A stretch of DNA of 64,000 nucleotides from Bryobacterales bacterium (GCA_963795925.1 CAWCJP010000012.1:127761-191760); one strand, 5' to 3'; numbered from the stretch's first letter, positions 48,832 through 59,133 are shown. Numbers and translations: made by a program. Notes: generated from the letters alone by a model not told the origin.

Positions 48832-50076
48832 ATGCTGGTGCGGGACTCTATGCACCACGCCGGGGCAATAGCCATGCAGCGGTTGTTGTGTATGCCGGCG
48901 GCGCACGACCGCCAAGTCCCCTGCGGCTGCGGTCAGCAAGCTCGATACCGCGAAACGCGCCCGAAGCAGATCCTGACCATGCTGGGGCCTGTGGTCTACG
49001 ATCGAGCCTACTATCTCTGTCCGAGTTGCCATCAAGGACACAGTCCCCGCGATCGGGAACTTGACGTAGTCGGGACGGAGTGTTCGCCCGGCGTGCGACG
49101 TATGATGGCCATGGTAGGAAGCGAGACCAGCTTCGATAGTGGCCGCCAACGGCTGCACCTGCTGGCCGGCCTGGAGGTCACTACCAAAGCTGTCGAACGC
49201 CACGCCGAAGCCATCGGTGCCGATATCGCCGAACGGGAACAGGCCCAGCGAGATCGCATCGTGCAATTGGAGTTTCCCGACATCTTGGGCGCTGCCGTTC
49301 CCGTGCTGGTCGTCGAAATGGATGGCACCCAATTGCCGATGGTACACGCCGAGTTGGAAGGGCGCGCCGGCAGATCCCAGGGGCAGCCGGCACGCACCCG
49401 GGAAGTCAAACTCGGGTGTGTCTTCACCCACACCACCACCGACGCGGAAGGCCGACCCATTCGGGATGCCGCTTCCACCACCTATACCGGGGCCATCGAA
49501 ACTGCTGAACTGTTTGGCCGTCGGCTCTACGCCGAAGCCTTCGAACGGGGATGGGATCGGGCCAAAAGGAAAGTGGTGCTGGGCGACGGTGCCGAGTGGA
49601 TCTGGAATATCGCAGACCAGCATTTTGCTGGCGCCATTCAGATCATCGACATCTGGCACGCGCGCGAGCATCTCTGGGATGTAGCCGCTAAGTTATTTCC
49701 CTCCGACGAGAAGCAACGGAAGCGTTGGGCCAAGAAGCTAATCCAAAAACTAAACCGAGGCAGAGTCGAAAACGTCGTCAGTGAACTGCGCAGCTTCCCC
49801 ACACGCAAGGCACAGTTACGCGATGAGCTTCGTATCCAAGCCGACTACTTCGAACGGAACCGAAATCGCATGCGCTACCCCAAATTCCGCAAGCAGGGTC
49901 TATTCATAGGCTCTGGAGTCATCGAGGCAGGATGCCGAACGGTGATCGGGTCCCGTCTCAAGCAGTCCGGCATGTTCTGGACAGTGCGCGGTGCCAATGC
50001 CATCATCGCCTTGCGCTGCAACCGGCTGTCCGGCAAATTCGAGGACTACTGGGCTTCTCGCTCGGCGGCCGCCTAA
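48832..50076 (+). CDS. IS orfB DDE transposase (copy 2)
   Basis: Translation identical to 33337-34581. Confidence 0.75.
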   Translation: MLVRDSMHHAGAIAMQRLLCMPAAHDRQVPCGCGQQARYRETRPKQILTMLGPVVYDRAYYLCPSCHQGHSPRDRELDVVGTECSPGVRRMMAMVGSETSFDSGRQRLHLLAGLEVTTKAVERHAEAIGADIAEREQAQRDRIVQLEFPDILGAAVPVLVVEMDGTQLPMVHAELEGRAGRSQGQPARTREVKLGCVFTHTTTDAEGRPIRDAASTTYTGAIETAELFGRRLYAEAFERGWDRAKRKVVLGDGAEWIWNIADQHFAGAIQIIDIWHAREHLWDVAAKLFPSDEKQRKRWAKKLIQKLNRGRVENVVSELRSFPTRKAQLRDELRIQADYFERNRNRMRYPKFRKQGLFIGSGVIEAGCRTVIGSRLKQSGMFWTVRGANAIIALRCNRLSGKFEDYWASRSAAA

Positions 50077-50103
50077 AATCATCCACAATTATGTCGCGCA
50101 CCC

Positions 50104-50112
50104 AAACGATTC
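50104..50112. repeat. 9-bp target-site duplication AAACGATTC (right) of IS copy 2
   Basis: Identical to 48262-48270. Confidence 0.85.
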
Positions 50113-50124
50113 TTCAACTTCTCT

Positions 50125-50511
50125 TCAATTCGCGCGCTTCAAATCCACCTTGGCGGACAGCTTATTGTCCCCATCGTGGCCGGTTACGTCCCCGCGGATG
50201 GTCTCGCCGTCGAAAACCAGGTCGAAAGCCAGAAATCCCTTAGCGTCGTCGCCTTCCGGGACCACTTCGAAGGTGAGCTTCCCCGCTTCCAGTTTCCCCT
50301 TCCGGATGGCCCATTGCTGGTCTTCGTTCGGGCCAGCCGTTCCCGTGACTTGGGCGCCATCCACTTTCAGGTTCATTACCGCCGAATCGGGCTTGACCTC
50401 CCCATCGGGAGTGGTGATATCGAACTTGCCGGTCCATTTGCCGGTCAGCTCTCCGGCGGTTGCCGATAAGGTCAGCGCGCTCAACAACAAAAGGCAGATT
50501 AACGTTTTCAT
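50125..50511 (-). CDS. hypothetical small secreted protein
   Basis: ATG 50511 is preceded by GGAGGAG. Signal peptide MKTLICLLLLSALTLSATA, then a beta-rich sequence of about 110 aa. Confidence 0.5.
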   Translation of the reverse strand: MKTLICLLLLSALTLSATAGELTGKWTGKFDITTPDGEVKPDSAVMNLKVDGAQVTGTAGPNEDQQWAIRKGKLEAGKLTFEVVPEGDDAKGFLAFDLVFDGETIRGDVTGHDGDNKLSAKVDLKRAN

Positions 50512-50581
50512 GGCTCCTCCAGCCAACTGGTCTGATATGGTGCATAACGAGATCGCCACGAAATTTGTTCCGGTAGAGTGT

Positions 50582-51253
50582 CTACGTCCCCCGGCGGTTG
50601 CCATAAAGCTCCACGTGCAGCCTGGGACTGAAGCGGAAGCCTTCCTGCTTGCAGATCTCCGCCAGCCACACGCTACGCTCGCGCAGCACCTCCGCTTCGA
50701 CGCCCTCGGGCATCAGGATGATAGCGCCGGCATCCGCCTGCAGGGCATCTACCAACGCGCGCACTTCCGTCATATCGTCCGGATTGGCGATCACGAACTT
50801 CAGTTGGTGCGCATAGGCCGCCATTAAGCGGCGCAGGATCTCGGGCTGGATACGCAAACTTTCATGCCGCCCGGCCCAGTCACCCTCGGGCGTGGAGTTG
50901 GCCAACTTGGGGCTGATGCTCATCAGGTCGCATGCGACAGGCGCGAATACCGTACCGGCCGTCTCGATGGTGATGTGCCTCTGGCGCGCCCGCAAGGCTT
51001 CCGTCAACTCGACGATCTGGGCCGCGATCATCGGCTCGCCGCCGGTTACCACCACGTGCCGGGCTGGGTAGGATTCCACCGCGGCCAGGATGCGCTCGAT
51101 AGTCCAATCGTCGCCTTCGGGCTGCCATGACGTGTAGGGCGTATCGCACCAGGAGCAGCGCAGATTGCAGCCGCTCGAGCGCACGAAAACGGATGGCACG
51201 CCCACCAGCGAACCTTCGCCCTGGATGGAGTAGAAGATCTCAGCGATCCGCAA
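50582..51253 (-). CDS. queE: 7-carboxy-7-deazaguanine synthase QueE (radical SAM)
   Basis: [42 protein letters not shown]...VVVTGGEP. I chose the TTG start at 51253; it overlaps the queC end by 14 nt. Confidence 0.85.
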   Translation of the reverse strand: MRIAEIFYSIQGEGSLVGVPSVFVRSSGCNLRCSWCDTPYTSWQPEGDDWTIERILAAVESYPARHVVVTGGEPMIAAQIVELTEALRARQRHITIETAGTVFAPVACDLMSISPKLANSTPEGDWAGRHESLRIQPEILRRLMAAYAHQLKFVIANPDDMTEVRALVDALQADAGAIILMPEGVEAEVLRERSVWLAEICKQEGFRFSPRLHVELYGNRRGT

Positions 51254-51917
51254 TACCGGCCTCTTCGAATCCTTTATGCCGCAACAGGCAGGAATCGCAT
51301 TGTCCGCAGGGCTGCCCTTGCGCATCCGGATCGTAGCAACTGTGGGTCAAGCTGAAATCCAAGCCGAGATCGCGCCCGAGCCTCACGATCGCGGCTTTGG
51401 ATAGCTGGATCAGGGGCGTGTGAATGCGGATGGCCAAACGGTCTTCCACGCCCGCTTTTGTGGCCAGATTGGCCATGCGTTCGAAGGCCTCGATGTACTC
51501 GGGGCGGCAGTCCGGATAGCCGGAGTAATCCAACGCATTCACGCCAATGAAAATGTGCGGCGCTTCCAGTACCTCGGCCCACGCCAACGCGAACGACAGG
51601 AAGATGGTGTTGCGCGCCGGAACATAAGTCACCGGGATACCGTGCGACATATCATGCGCCGAGCGCCCCTTGGGGACCGCCAGGTCATCGGTAAGGGCGG
51701 AGTGGCCGATCTGCCGCAGGTCGATGCGGGCTACCACGTGCCGCGCCGCGCCCAACGCCTGAGCCACGCGCGCCGCCGCGTCTAACTCCACGCGGTGCCG
51801 CTGGCCGTAGTCGAATGACAGCGCATAACACTCGAAACCTTTCCTGCGAGCGAGCGCCAGGCAGGTGGAGGAGTCCAGACCGCCGCTGAGCAGGCACACG
51901 GCTTTGGGGAGGCCCAT
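51240..51917 (-). CDS. queC: 7-cyano-7-deazaguanine synthase QueC
   Basis: [41 protein letters not shown]...[11 protein letters not shown]...; C-terminal zinc site [20 protein letters not shown]. Confidence 0.9.
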   Translation of the reverse strand: MGLPKAVCLLSGGLDSSTCLALARRKGFECYALSFDYGQRHRVELDAAARVAQALGAARHVVARIDLRQIGHSALTDDLAVPKGRSAHDMSHGIPVTYVPARNTIFLSFALAWAEVLEAPHIFIGVNALDYSGYPDCRPEYIEAFERMANLATKAGVEDRLAIRIHTPLIQLSKAAIVRLGRDLGLDFSLTHSCYDPDAQGQPCGQCDSCLLRHKGFEEAGIADR

Positions 51918-53615
51918 CAGTTCTTCCCGGCCGCGCCTTCGCCACGATCCCCGCCGTCTCGTCGATGGTCAGAAACTGATTCGCCGCCATGCCCGGCAAT
52001 TTCTGCTTCGCGCCGCTGGGCCACTCGATCTCGATCGCTCTGCACCTCGGGATCGCCGCCCAGTCCGAACGTCAGCGCCAGATCGCTTTGCGAGCAGTAA
52101 CTCGATCCGCTGCGCACCATGTTCCATTGCTTGCCCGACTTACTGCCGACCCGCACCACCGCGCCGATGCCGTCGCGATTCGATTTGCGCCCCACCAGCC
52201 GCACGCAGATCCAGTTATTCCGGTTGCCGCCATCGTTGCGGAACAGATAGGCGGGGCCGTCGTTGGTGGTGACCACGATATCCAGATCGCCATCGCGGTC
52301 GATAATCGGCATAGGCCGCGCCGCGCGCCACCACCGGCCGGTTGAAGGCCGCGCCCATGCGCGCCGTCACATTATCGAACTGCCCGCTTGCCCAGATTGT
52401 GGAACAGCAGCGGCGGCTCCTTGTATTGCACCTTGGGCTGCACGCGGCCGATCTGCTCTTCGATGTGCCCATTGGCCGCGAAGATATCAGGGTAGCCATC
52501 CAGGTCGTAATCGAAGAAGAAGGCGCCGAAAGTCAGGGTCAGCAGGCTGGCGCGGCCCACCGTCGAAGAAGGCGCTTCGTCCACAAACAGCCCCGTGCCT
52601 TCGTTGTGATACAGGCCCAGCATCTGGTTGGAGAAGTTGCCGACCAGCAGGCCCGGCCGTCCGGAGCGGTCGTAATCGGCGGCGTCCACGCCCATGGCGC
52701 CGCGCGCCACGCCATCCTCGCCGAACGCCACGCCCGCCGCCATGCCTTCTTCGGTAAACGTGCCGTTGCGATTGTTGCGGTAAAGCTTGTTCGGCTGCGT
52801 GTCGTTGGAGACGAAGAGGTCCGGCCAGCCATCGCCGTTATAATCCAGCACCGTCACGCCCAGCGACTTACTGGTGGGATCGCCCACGCCGGCTTTCTTG
52901 GCTGACATCTTCGAACTTGCCGTTGCCCAGGTTGTGATAGAGCTTGGACGAAGTTCCTTTGTAAGATTCGGGCGTGCAGTACGATTTAGTCGCGCCATCG
53001 AGCGAGCACCATAGGTCGCCCTTGCGGCGTCCACTGCACGTAGTTGGCGACGAACAGGTCCAGCTTGCCGTCGCGATCGTAATCGACCCAGGCCGCGCTG
53101 GTGCCGAAGTTGGCGTTGTCGATCCCGGCGGCTTTGGTCACGTCGCGGAACTTGCCGTGGCCTTCGTTGTGGAACAGGCGGTCGCCTTCGAGAGCCGTGA
53201 TGTAGACGTCGTCCCGGCCGTCGTTATCGTAATCGCCGATGGCCACGCCCATGCCGTACATCTCCACGTCGAGACCGCTGCCCGCGGTGATGTCGGTGAA
53301 CGTGCCGTCGTGGTTGTTGCGATAGAGCGCCGGCAGGGACTTGCGGCCGCGCGGCGTCCAGTCCTTGCTGTTGATAAGCAGAATGTCGGGCCAGCCGTCG
53401 CCATCGGCGTCGAACCACGCCACGCCGGAGCCCAGGGTCTCCGGCAGAAATTTCTTGCCGGCGCGTCCGCTGTTATGCACGAATTTGATGCCGGCCTGCG
53501 CGGTGACGTCGGTGAAGGTGATCGGCGCGAAGTGTCGACACGGCTGCGCGCCTCCGGCCGCCAGCGCCAGCAACAGGGCAAGCGGAAGAATGCGCCAGGC
53601 TATTATTGACGTCAC
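51917..53615 (-). pseudogene. CRTAC1 / ASPIC-UnbV family FG-GAP repeat protein; at least four frame breaks
   Basis: Signal peptide, then FTDVTAQAGIKFVHNSG...GSGVAWFDADGDGWPDILLIN; GVAIGDYDNDGRDDVYI; AAWVDYDRDGKLDLFVAN; VTVLDYNGDGWPDLFVSND; GVDAADYDRSGRPGLLVGN; FFFDYDLDGYPDIFAANG; IIDRDGDLDIVVTTNDGP; NRDGIGAVVRV...SGSSYCSQSD. These are spread over several frames. Confidence 0.75.
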
Positions 53616-53645
53616 TGGGCACCTCCCGCGGCGGACACAATGGCC

Positions 53646-56453
53646 TTAGAGCGCGTGCGCCGGAGACTCCAGCGGCACGCTTTCGTGATCGTGAATCTGT
53701 TGGCGCTCGTTGTTGTTTTCGGGGCTGAGCAGGCGGGGCTTGGCCGTAATGGCTTGGGCGGATTCCTCCGCTTTGAAGCGCTGGAAAAGCGCCTGTTCGC
53801 GCGCGGCGCCGGCGAGCATCGCCCAGACCGCGGTAGCACAGCATGCGTGTGTAGTGCATTTGCAAATCCTCTGGGTCCACGTCGCAGACGCGGTCCAGAT
53901 ACTTGAGCGCCTCCGCGTATTTTCGTTGCAGAAACAGAATGCGCGCCGCCTGGTTCAGCGCCACGCGGTCGCGCGGATACATGCCGAGCGTAGTGTTAAG
54001 CGAATGCAGCGCGTCGTCATACTTGCCGTCGGCCTTCTCGATCATGGCCTTGAAGAAGTAGATGCGGCCCAGCTTTGGATTGATCTTCAAGCGCCTGCTC
54101 GATATACGGCTTGGCGGCCTCGGTCTCGCCTTCCTGAATCAGGGCGCGCGCCACGTTGAGCCAGCCATCGGCGTAGCCCGGCTCGGCTTCGGTGACTTTC
54201 TTGAAAGCGTATTCGGCGCCTTTCAGATCGCCCTGCAGCAGCAGCCCGATGCCCCAATCGTTCCAGCGCTCGCGATCCTTTTTCTCGCACCACCGGCGTC
54301 CAGGCGGATTTGCCGAGCGGCACGCTGGCCTTGGCCGAAGCCACCACGACGATGGGCAGATCCGGGATGTGGTCCTTGATCTTGCCGGAAACATCCTGGC
54401 GGAATGTTGTGCGGATCGAAGCTGTATTCCAGGCTGTTGAAGCTGGCCGACAGCAGCTTCGGGTCCTGGCCCGGCTTGGGCTGCCCGGCATAGGCGAACT
54501 GCGTGTAGTAATACGAGAACTTGCGGTAATTCAGCTTGGCGGTGAAAGTGAGTGGGCCCTTGGCGTCCTTGGGAACCTTCACGCGGAAGTGCGCCACGTC
54601 GGCCGCGCCCGGCGGAATCAGCCGGACATACAGCACGCTGCGCGCCTGCCACGCATTGCGTTTGTTGATCATGATTGCCGTCGCCATCGAGCTGATAGGC
54701 GCGATAGAAATGCGCGCCCGGTTCCACCGGGCCCTTGCCGTCGTCCTCCACCGGCCGCTCCAGAAGATCACGCGGCCGTCGGCATCCTGGCCCTGCAGTT
54801 CCAGCCAGACGTCGAAAGCATCCACCGTGCCGCCGGGGAAGAAGTGGCCGATCTTGCGCGTGCGCACGACCACGTCCACGCGCGCTGTGGAGCCCGGCTC
54901 CAGATGAATGCCCGAGTGGTCGATCGGCGCCGCCACCTGCCCGACTTCGCGGATCGACGGCGTTGCCGGATTGTTCGGCTTCCTCGCCCACGGCGAAGCC
55001 GGTCATAGCCTGCGGAGCCTTGCCCGCGCGCCGCACCATCGGGCGTGTCCGTGTCCTTCACCGGCGAGACGGCGAAGATATCCACAGAGATGAAGCCGGA
55101 AGTGCAGGAACTTTTCGGTCAGCGTCAAGCTGCGCCTGGTCCTGATTGGCGTACGGCACGGCGGTGTTGGCGGCCGGGAAGCGGTGCGAATGCACCTGGC
55201 CGCCGTGATTGCCCGGATCGTCGGAGGCGACCAGCGGCATGTGGCAATCCGCGCAGTTCTGCGTCTTCGGCGGATAGTAGAACGATCGCGCGCCCTGCCC
55301 GGAAACGCCGCTGGCCTGCCAGTTGTCGTAGTCGTTGAAGCCGCGGAACCAGCGATAGTGGTTCACCGGCACGTCCAGATGCACCTTGTGGCAGGCCGCG
55401 CAAAACTCGGCCGAGTCCTCGCGCATGAACGGCTTCATGAACGTGCGCCGGTGCGGCTCCGGATTCAGATAGGTCATGAAGTAATCGGCCGCCTGGACGA
55501 TCTTGTTCTTGCTGCTGAGCAGTTCATGCAGCGGCGGATACTGCACGGTGAATCCGGCGTTTCCCATGGAGCTGTCCACGTGCGTGATGGCGTGGCACGA
55601 CGTGCAAGACAGGCCGGCGCGCGCTTCCGGCGTATCGATCTGTTCTTTGATGGGCCTGTCGAAGCGGCCGTTGAAGAAGACCGCGTGATCGTGGCAGCCC
55701 GCGCACCACTTACTCGGCTGCGTGCCGACAACGCTCTGCATGTATTCGATCGACTTCCGGTAGAACTGATTGTTGAACGACGCGAAATGGTGCATGGAGC
55801 TTTTCCACTGCTGGTAGATGTCCTTGTGGCAGCGCGCCGCAAGCCTCCGAATCCATGAAGAAGTTCGAGGGGATGATGCCGCCCACGTTGGTCTTGGCCG
55901 ACGAGGGAAAGAACGGCGACTGCGGACCGCCGCCCTCCTCGTCCATGGAGACGGGCACGACGAGGGGATTGCGGATGCGATCGTCCGGGTTCGGATGAGC
56001 CTTGCGATAGAGTGCTGTGGCGCCGGGAAGAGCCACCAGCAGCGCCAGACCGGCCACATAAGCATTGCGGAAACCGGGGCTGGTACGGCGCAGGGCGTAA
56101 GGGAGAAAAGCCAGCAGAGCGAGCGCGGCTACAATTATGTGGGCCTGCAGGACGGCGCGATGCGGCGTGGTGTTTCCGCGGACCGCGAGGAAGATGCCCG
56201 CCAGCGCCGTAATGAGAAATAGCCCGCCCGCCACGGGCATTTGCCGGAGAAACCAGAGCAGTAGGATCGCCACGACAACACCCAGCACCAGATGCAGCAC
56301 CACGTTGCCCATGTAGAAAATGGTCGGTGAAGCGAATGCGGCGACATACGCGGTATTGACCAGCAACAACAGCAGTAAGATGCCGGCGAACCGGACGAGC
56401 TTCTCGTGTTTCACTTTTTGCCACCCCGAAGGCGATGGCCAGTAGTGTATCAC
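53646..56453 (-). pseudogene. membrane-anchored multihaem c-type cytochrome with C-terminal TPR domain; at least six frame breaks
   Basis: The N-terminal ~250 aa hold several TM helices. Five CXXCH motifs can be reconstructed (CARCH, CAGCH, CTSCH, CAACH, CADCH). The C-terminal TPR-like region reads GYADGWLNVARALIQEGETEAAKPYIEQAL...PKLGRIYFFKAMIEKADGKYDDALHSL...ALKYLDRVCDVDPEDLQMHYTRMLCY. The inferred stop TAA is at 53646-53648. Confidence 0.7.
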
Positions 56454-56514
56454 TCGATAGCACGGGGAGCTATAGCATTTTGAAGTTAGTATCTATCTAT
56501 TAGTTGGCAGACTC

Positions 56515-57720
56515 TCAGAACGGCAGGATCTCCTCGCGCACCGGATCGAAGTCGATTCGCCGCTTCTGCATGTACGAGATATTGCCCAGGTGCGAGGCCT
56601 GCGCCGAGCGATGCCCGATCAGCACGTCGCCGTTGGGCCGCTTGCGGGAGCGCACGCACTCCAGGAAGTTGTTCACATGGTCTTCGTCAATCTTGCTGAA
56701 AGCCTGCACAATAACCGGTTTGGCGTTGCGGCCCACCGGGTGAAATTCGTAGTGCCCGCGATCGATCCACAGGCGGCCGTCCGTGCCGGCAATCTCCACC
56801 GCCGCGCCGGTGATTCCCGGAACCAGCGTGGCTTCGAAAGTGGCGGTGAACTCGCCGGGATATTCCAGCAGCACGTTGATCGTGTCCGGCGCCGTGCGGC
56901 CATCCTTATATTTATATACGCCGCCCGCCGCGGATGCTGAGAACGGTATCTCCTGCCCCATAAACATGTGCACCACGTCGATCCAGTGCGTGAACAGGTC
57001 CGTCACCTGGCCGCCGCCGAAATCCAGGTAAGCGCGCCAGTTGAAGTACTGCTGCGGATCGTAGTCGCGCCACTTCAGCGGTCCCAGGAAATGCGCCCAA
57101 TCGAGATTGGAGGGCTGCGTCTGCAGCGATTCCGGCGCCAGCCGCAGGTGATAGCCGTTGCCGTGCCACCAGGTGCGCGCCAGCGTGATCTTGCCCAGTT
57201 TGCCGGTGTCGAAATATTCGTGCTTGGCCTGCAGATAGTGCTGCCCGGAGCGCTGCTGCATGCCCACCTGGCAAACGCGCTCGTTCACGCGCGCGGCTTT
57301 CACGATGAGCGGACCTTCCTCGATCGTGCGCGTCAAAGGCTTCTCCACGTACACGTCCTTGCCGGCGTTCAGCGCGTCGATGGCGGTCTGGGCGTGCCAG
57401 TGATCGGGCGTGGCGATCAGCGCCACATCCACTTCCTTCATTTCGAGCAGCTTGCGATGGTCCTTGAAATCCTTCGCCTGCGGCGCCTTCTCGCGGGCCT
57501 TGTCGATCTGCGCGCCGTAGATGTCGCACACCGCCACCACATCGACATTGGCCTTCTGGAAATTCCCCATGTCGTAACGGCCGCGATCGCCGCAGCCGAT
57601 CACGCCAAGCTGAATGCGGTCGTTGGCTCCCATGACACGGGAGTAGGAAAGCGCCGTAACGGCGGAAACACCGCGCAGAAAATGGCGGCGGTCGAGCGAG
57701 ATTTCAGACATAAGTTTCAT
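56515..57720 (-). CDS. Gfo/Idh/MocA-family oxidoreductase with twin-arginine signal
   Basis: 401 aa, intact. Tat motif DRRHFLRGVSAVTAL. Rossmann motif IQLGVIGCGDRG. EKPL motif YVEKPLT. Confidence 0.85.
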   Translation of the reverse strand: MKLMSEISLDRRHFLRGVSAVTALSYSRVMGANDRIQLGVIGCGDRGRYDMGNFQKANVDVVAVCDIYGAQIDKAREKAPQAKDFKDHRKLLEMKEVDVALIATPDHWHAQTAIDALNAGKDVYVEKPLTRTIEEGPLIVKAARVNERVCQVGMQQRSGQHYLQAKHEYFDTGKLGKITLARTWWHGNGYHLRLAPESLQTQPSNLDWAHFLGPLKWRDYDPQQYFNWRAYLDFGGGQVTDLFTHWIDVVHMFMGQEIPFSASAAGGVYKYKDGRTAPDTINVLLEYPGEFTATFEATLVPGITGAAVEIAGTDGRLWIDRGHYEFHPVGRNAKPVIVQAFSKIDEDHVNNFLECVRSRKRPNGDVLIGHRSAQASHLGNISYMQKRRIDFDPVREEILPF

Positions 57721-58025
57721 TATATGCGCTTGGCGGAGCGCTTCACGCGTGGACGCACGTAGTGAAACCGAATCAGGTAGATCTTGTCGCCCTTACCGTG
57801 TTTCGCGACCTTGAGCAGATCGACGATGCCTAGAAAGCCCGACTCTCGCGCCAAATCCCCAGTGATGTCCGGAAGACCGATCGGCTCGATCGAATCCACC
57901 TCGATCTCTCCCTCTTCCATACGATACCGGGCGCCTACTTTCACGTGCGGACGGGTCCATATGCGGATACTACAAGTGATTTCGCCGCGGCGGACTCCCT
58001 CCCGCAGGCGCTTGGTGAACACCAT
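57720..58025 (-). CDS. ASCH-domain (PUA-like) protein
   Basis: 101 aa: FTKRLREGVRRGEITCSIRIWTRPHVKVGARYRMEEGEIEVDSIEPIGLPDIT. Its stop overlaps the start of the downstream oxidoreductase gene. Confidence 0.65.
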   Translation of the reverse strand: MVFTKRLREGVRRGEITCSIRIWTRPHVKVGARYRMEEGEIEVDSIEPIGLPDITGDLARESGFLGIVDLLKVAKHGKGDKIYLIRFHYVRPRVKRSAKRI

Positions 58026-58070
58026 AAGGAGAGTTTACACTCGCGGAAGGCAACAGAATACAATCGTGGG

Positions 58071-59042
58071 GTGAGTAAAGCGCGGATTCTGGTAACGGGC
58101 GGCGCGGGGTACATCGGTGCGCACACGGTCCGGCAGCTTTTGCGGCAAGGCCATGAGGTTACGGTCGTGGACGATTTGTCGCGCGGGTACCGGCACAACG
58201 TGGAAGCGCCCTCGTTTCATCAGTTGCGCGTGCAGCAGACCGATGAGATGGCTGCGCTGCTAGCGGGACACGATGCGGTGATTCACTTCGCGGCCTATAT
58301 CGCAGTCGGCGAATCGATGCGCGTGCCGGAGGTCTATTTCGAGAACAACGTGAGCGGATCGCTATCGCTTTTGACGGCGATGGTGCGTGCCCAAGTGAAG
58401 CATCTGGTTTTCTCGTCGACGGCGGCGGTGTATGGAACACCGCATGCGTCGCCGATTCTGGAGAGCTTTCCCATTGCGGCGGTGAACCCGTACGGCGAAT
58501 CCAAAGTGATGGTGGAAACCCTGCTGCAGTGGTTCGATGCGATACACGGATTACGCAGCGTCAGTCTGCGCTACTTCAATGCGAGCGGCGCGGACCCGGC
58601 CGGCGGGCTGCGCGAGGAGCACGATCCCGAAACGCATTTGATCCCGCTGATGCTGCGGGCGGTCGCGACGGGCCAGCCGTTCACCGTATTCGGCAACGAC
58701 TACGACACGCCGGACGGCACGTGCATCCGCGACTACATCCATGTGAACGATTTGGCGGATGCGCACATTCTGGCGGTGGAGGCGCTGCTGGCGGGAGGCG
58801 GATCGGACCAGTTCAATGTGGGGACGGGCCGCGGGCATTCGGTGCTGGAGATGATCCGGGGCGTGGAAGAAGTAACGGGACAGAGGCCGCCGTATGTGGT
58901 GGGCGCGCGGCGCGAGGGCGATCCGCCGGCTCTGGTGGCGAATGCCGATAAGCTGCGCGGGTTGTTGGGGTGGGCGCCGCGATACGCGGGGATGCGAGAG
59001 ATTATTGCGACCGCTTGGGCGAGCTTCGCTCAAGGTGGCTAG
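58071..59042 (+). CDS. galE: UDP-glucose 4-epimerase
   Basis: GTG start. ILVTGGAGYIGAHTV...FSSTAAVYG...NPYGESK...LRYFNASGADP...LIPLML...FGNDYDTPDGTCIRDYIHVNDLADAH. Confidence 0.9.
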   Translation: MSKARILVTGGAGYIGAHTVRQLLRQGHEVTVVDDLSRGYRHNVEAPSFHQLRVQQTDEMAALLAGHDAVIHFAAYIAVGESMRVPEVYFENNVSGSLSLLTAMVRAQVKHLVFSSTAAVYGTPHASPILESFPIAAVNPYGESKVMVETLLQWFDAIHGLRSVSLRYFNASGADPAGGLREEHDPETHLIPLMLRAVATGQPFTVFGNDYDTPDGTCIRDYIHVNDLADAHILAVEALLAGGGSDQFNVGTGRGHSVLEMIRGVEEVTGQRPPYVVGARREGDPPALVANADKLRGLLGWAPRYAGMREIIATAWASFAQGG

Positions 59043-59056
59043 GGGTTTGATTAACA

Positions 59057-59117
59057 GCCGCAAAACGGCGCGTGGGCAGTTATTGACGGAATTGAGGCGC
59101 CCACGCGCCTTTGCGGC
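59057..59117. other. long imperfect inverted repeat / hairpin between galE and the amidohydrolase gene
   Basis: GCCGCAAAACGGCGCGTGGGC (59057-59077) pairs with GCCCACGCGCCTTTGCGGC (59099-59117). That gives 19 bp with a 2-nt bulge and a 21-nt loop. No U-tract follows. Confidence 0.6.
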
Positions 59118-59133
59118 TAGGAAGAGGTGGTGC

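Larger units (their letters stand above)
48271..50103 (+). mobile_element. insertion sequence, ISKra4-like, copy 2 (1,833 bp)
   Basis: It has the same ends and ORFs as copy 1 and lies in the same orientation. It is inserted in the short spacer between a hypothetical gene (stop at 50125) and rpmH. Confidence 0.9.

Noticed and set aside
32776-50103. The two IS copies plus the intervening 13.7 kb considered as one composite transposon.
   Set aside because: Each copy has its own matching 9-bp duplication (GTTTCCAAG and AAACGATTC). The outer flanks do not match each other. The cargo is the canonical, essential rpmH-mnmE operon. This points to two independent insertions.
48209-50124. dnaA or a replication origin next to rpmH.
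   Set aside because: No dnaA gene or DnaA-box cluster is visible. Apart from the IS, the upstream neighbour is a small secreted protein gene on the same strand.
51917-51925. preQ1 riboswitch upstream of queC, and similarly a cobalamin riboswitch upstream of the B12-rSAM gene at 18906-19028.
   Set aside because: There is no intergenic space in front of queC, since the preceding ORF abuts the ATG. The 120-nt leader of the rSAM gene shows no B12-box-like sequence that I can recognise.
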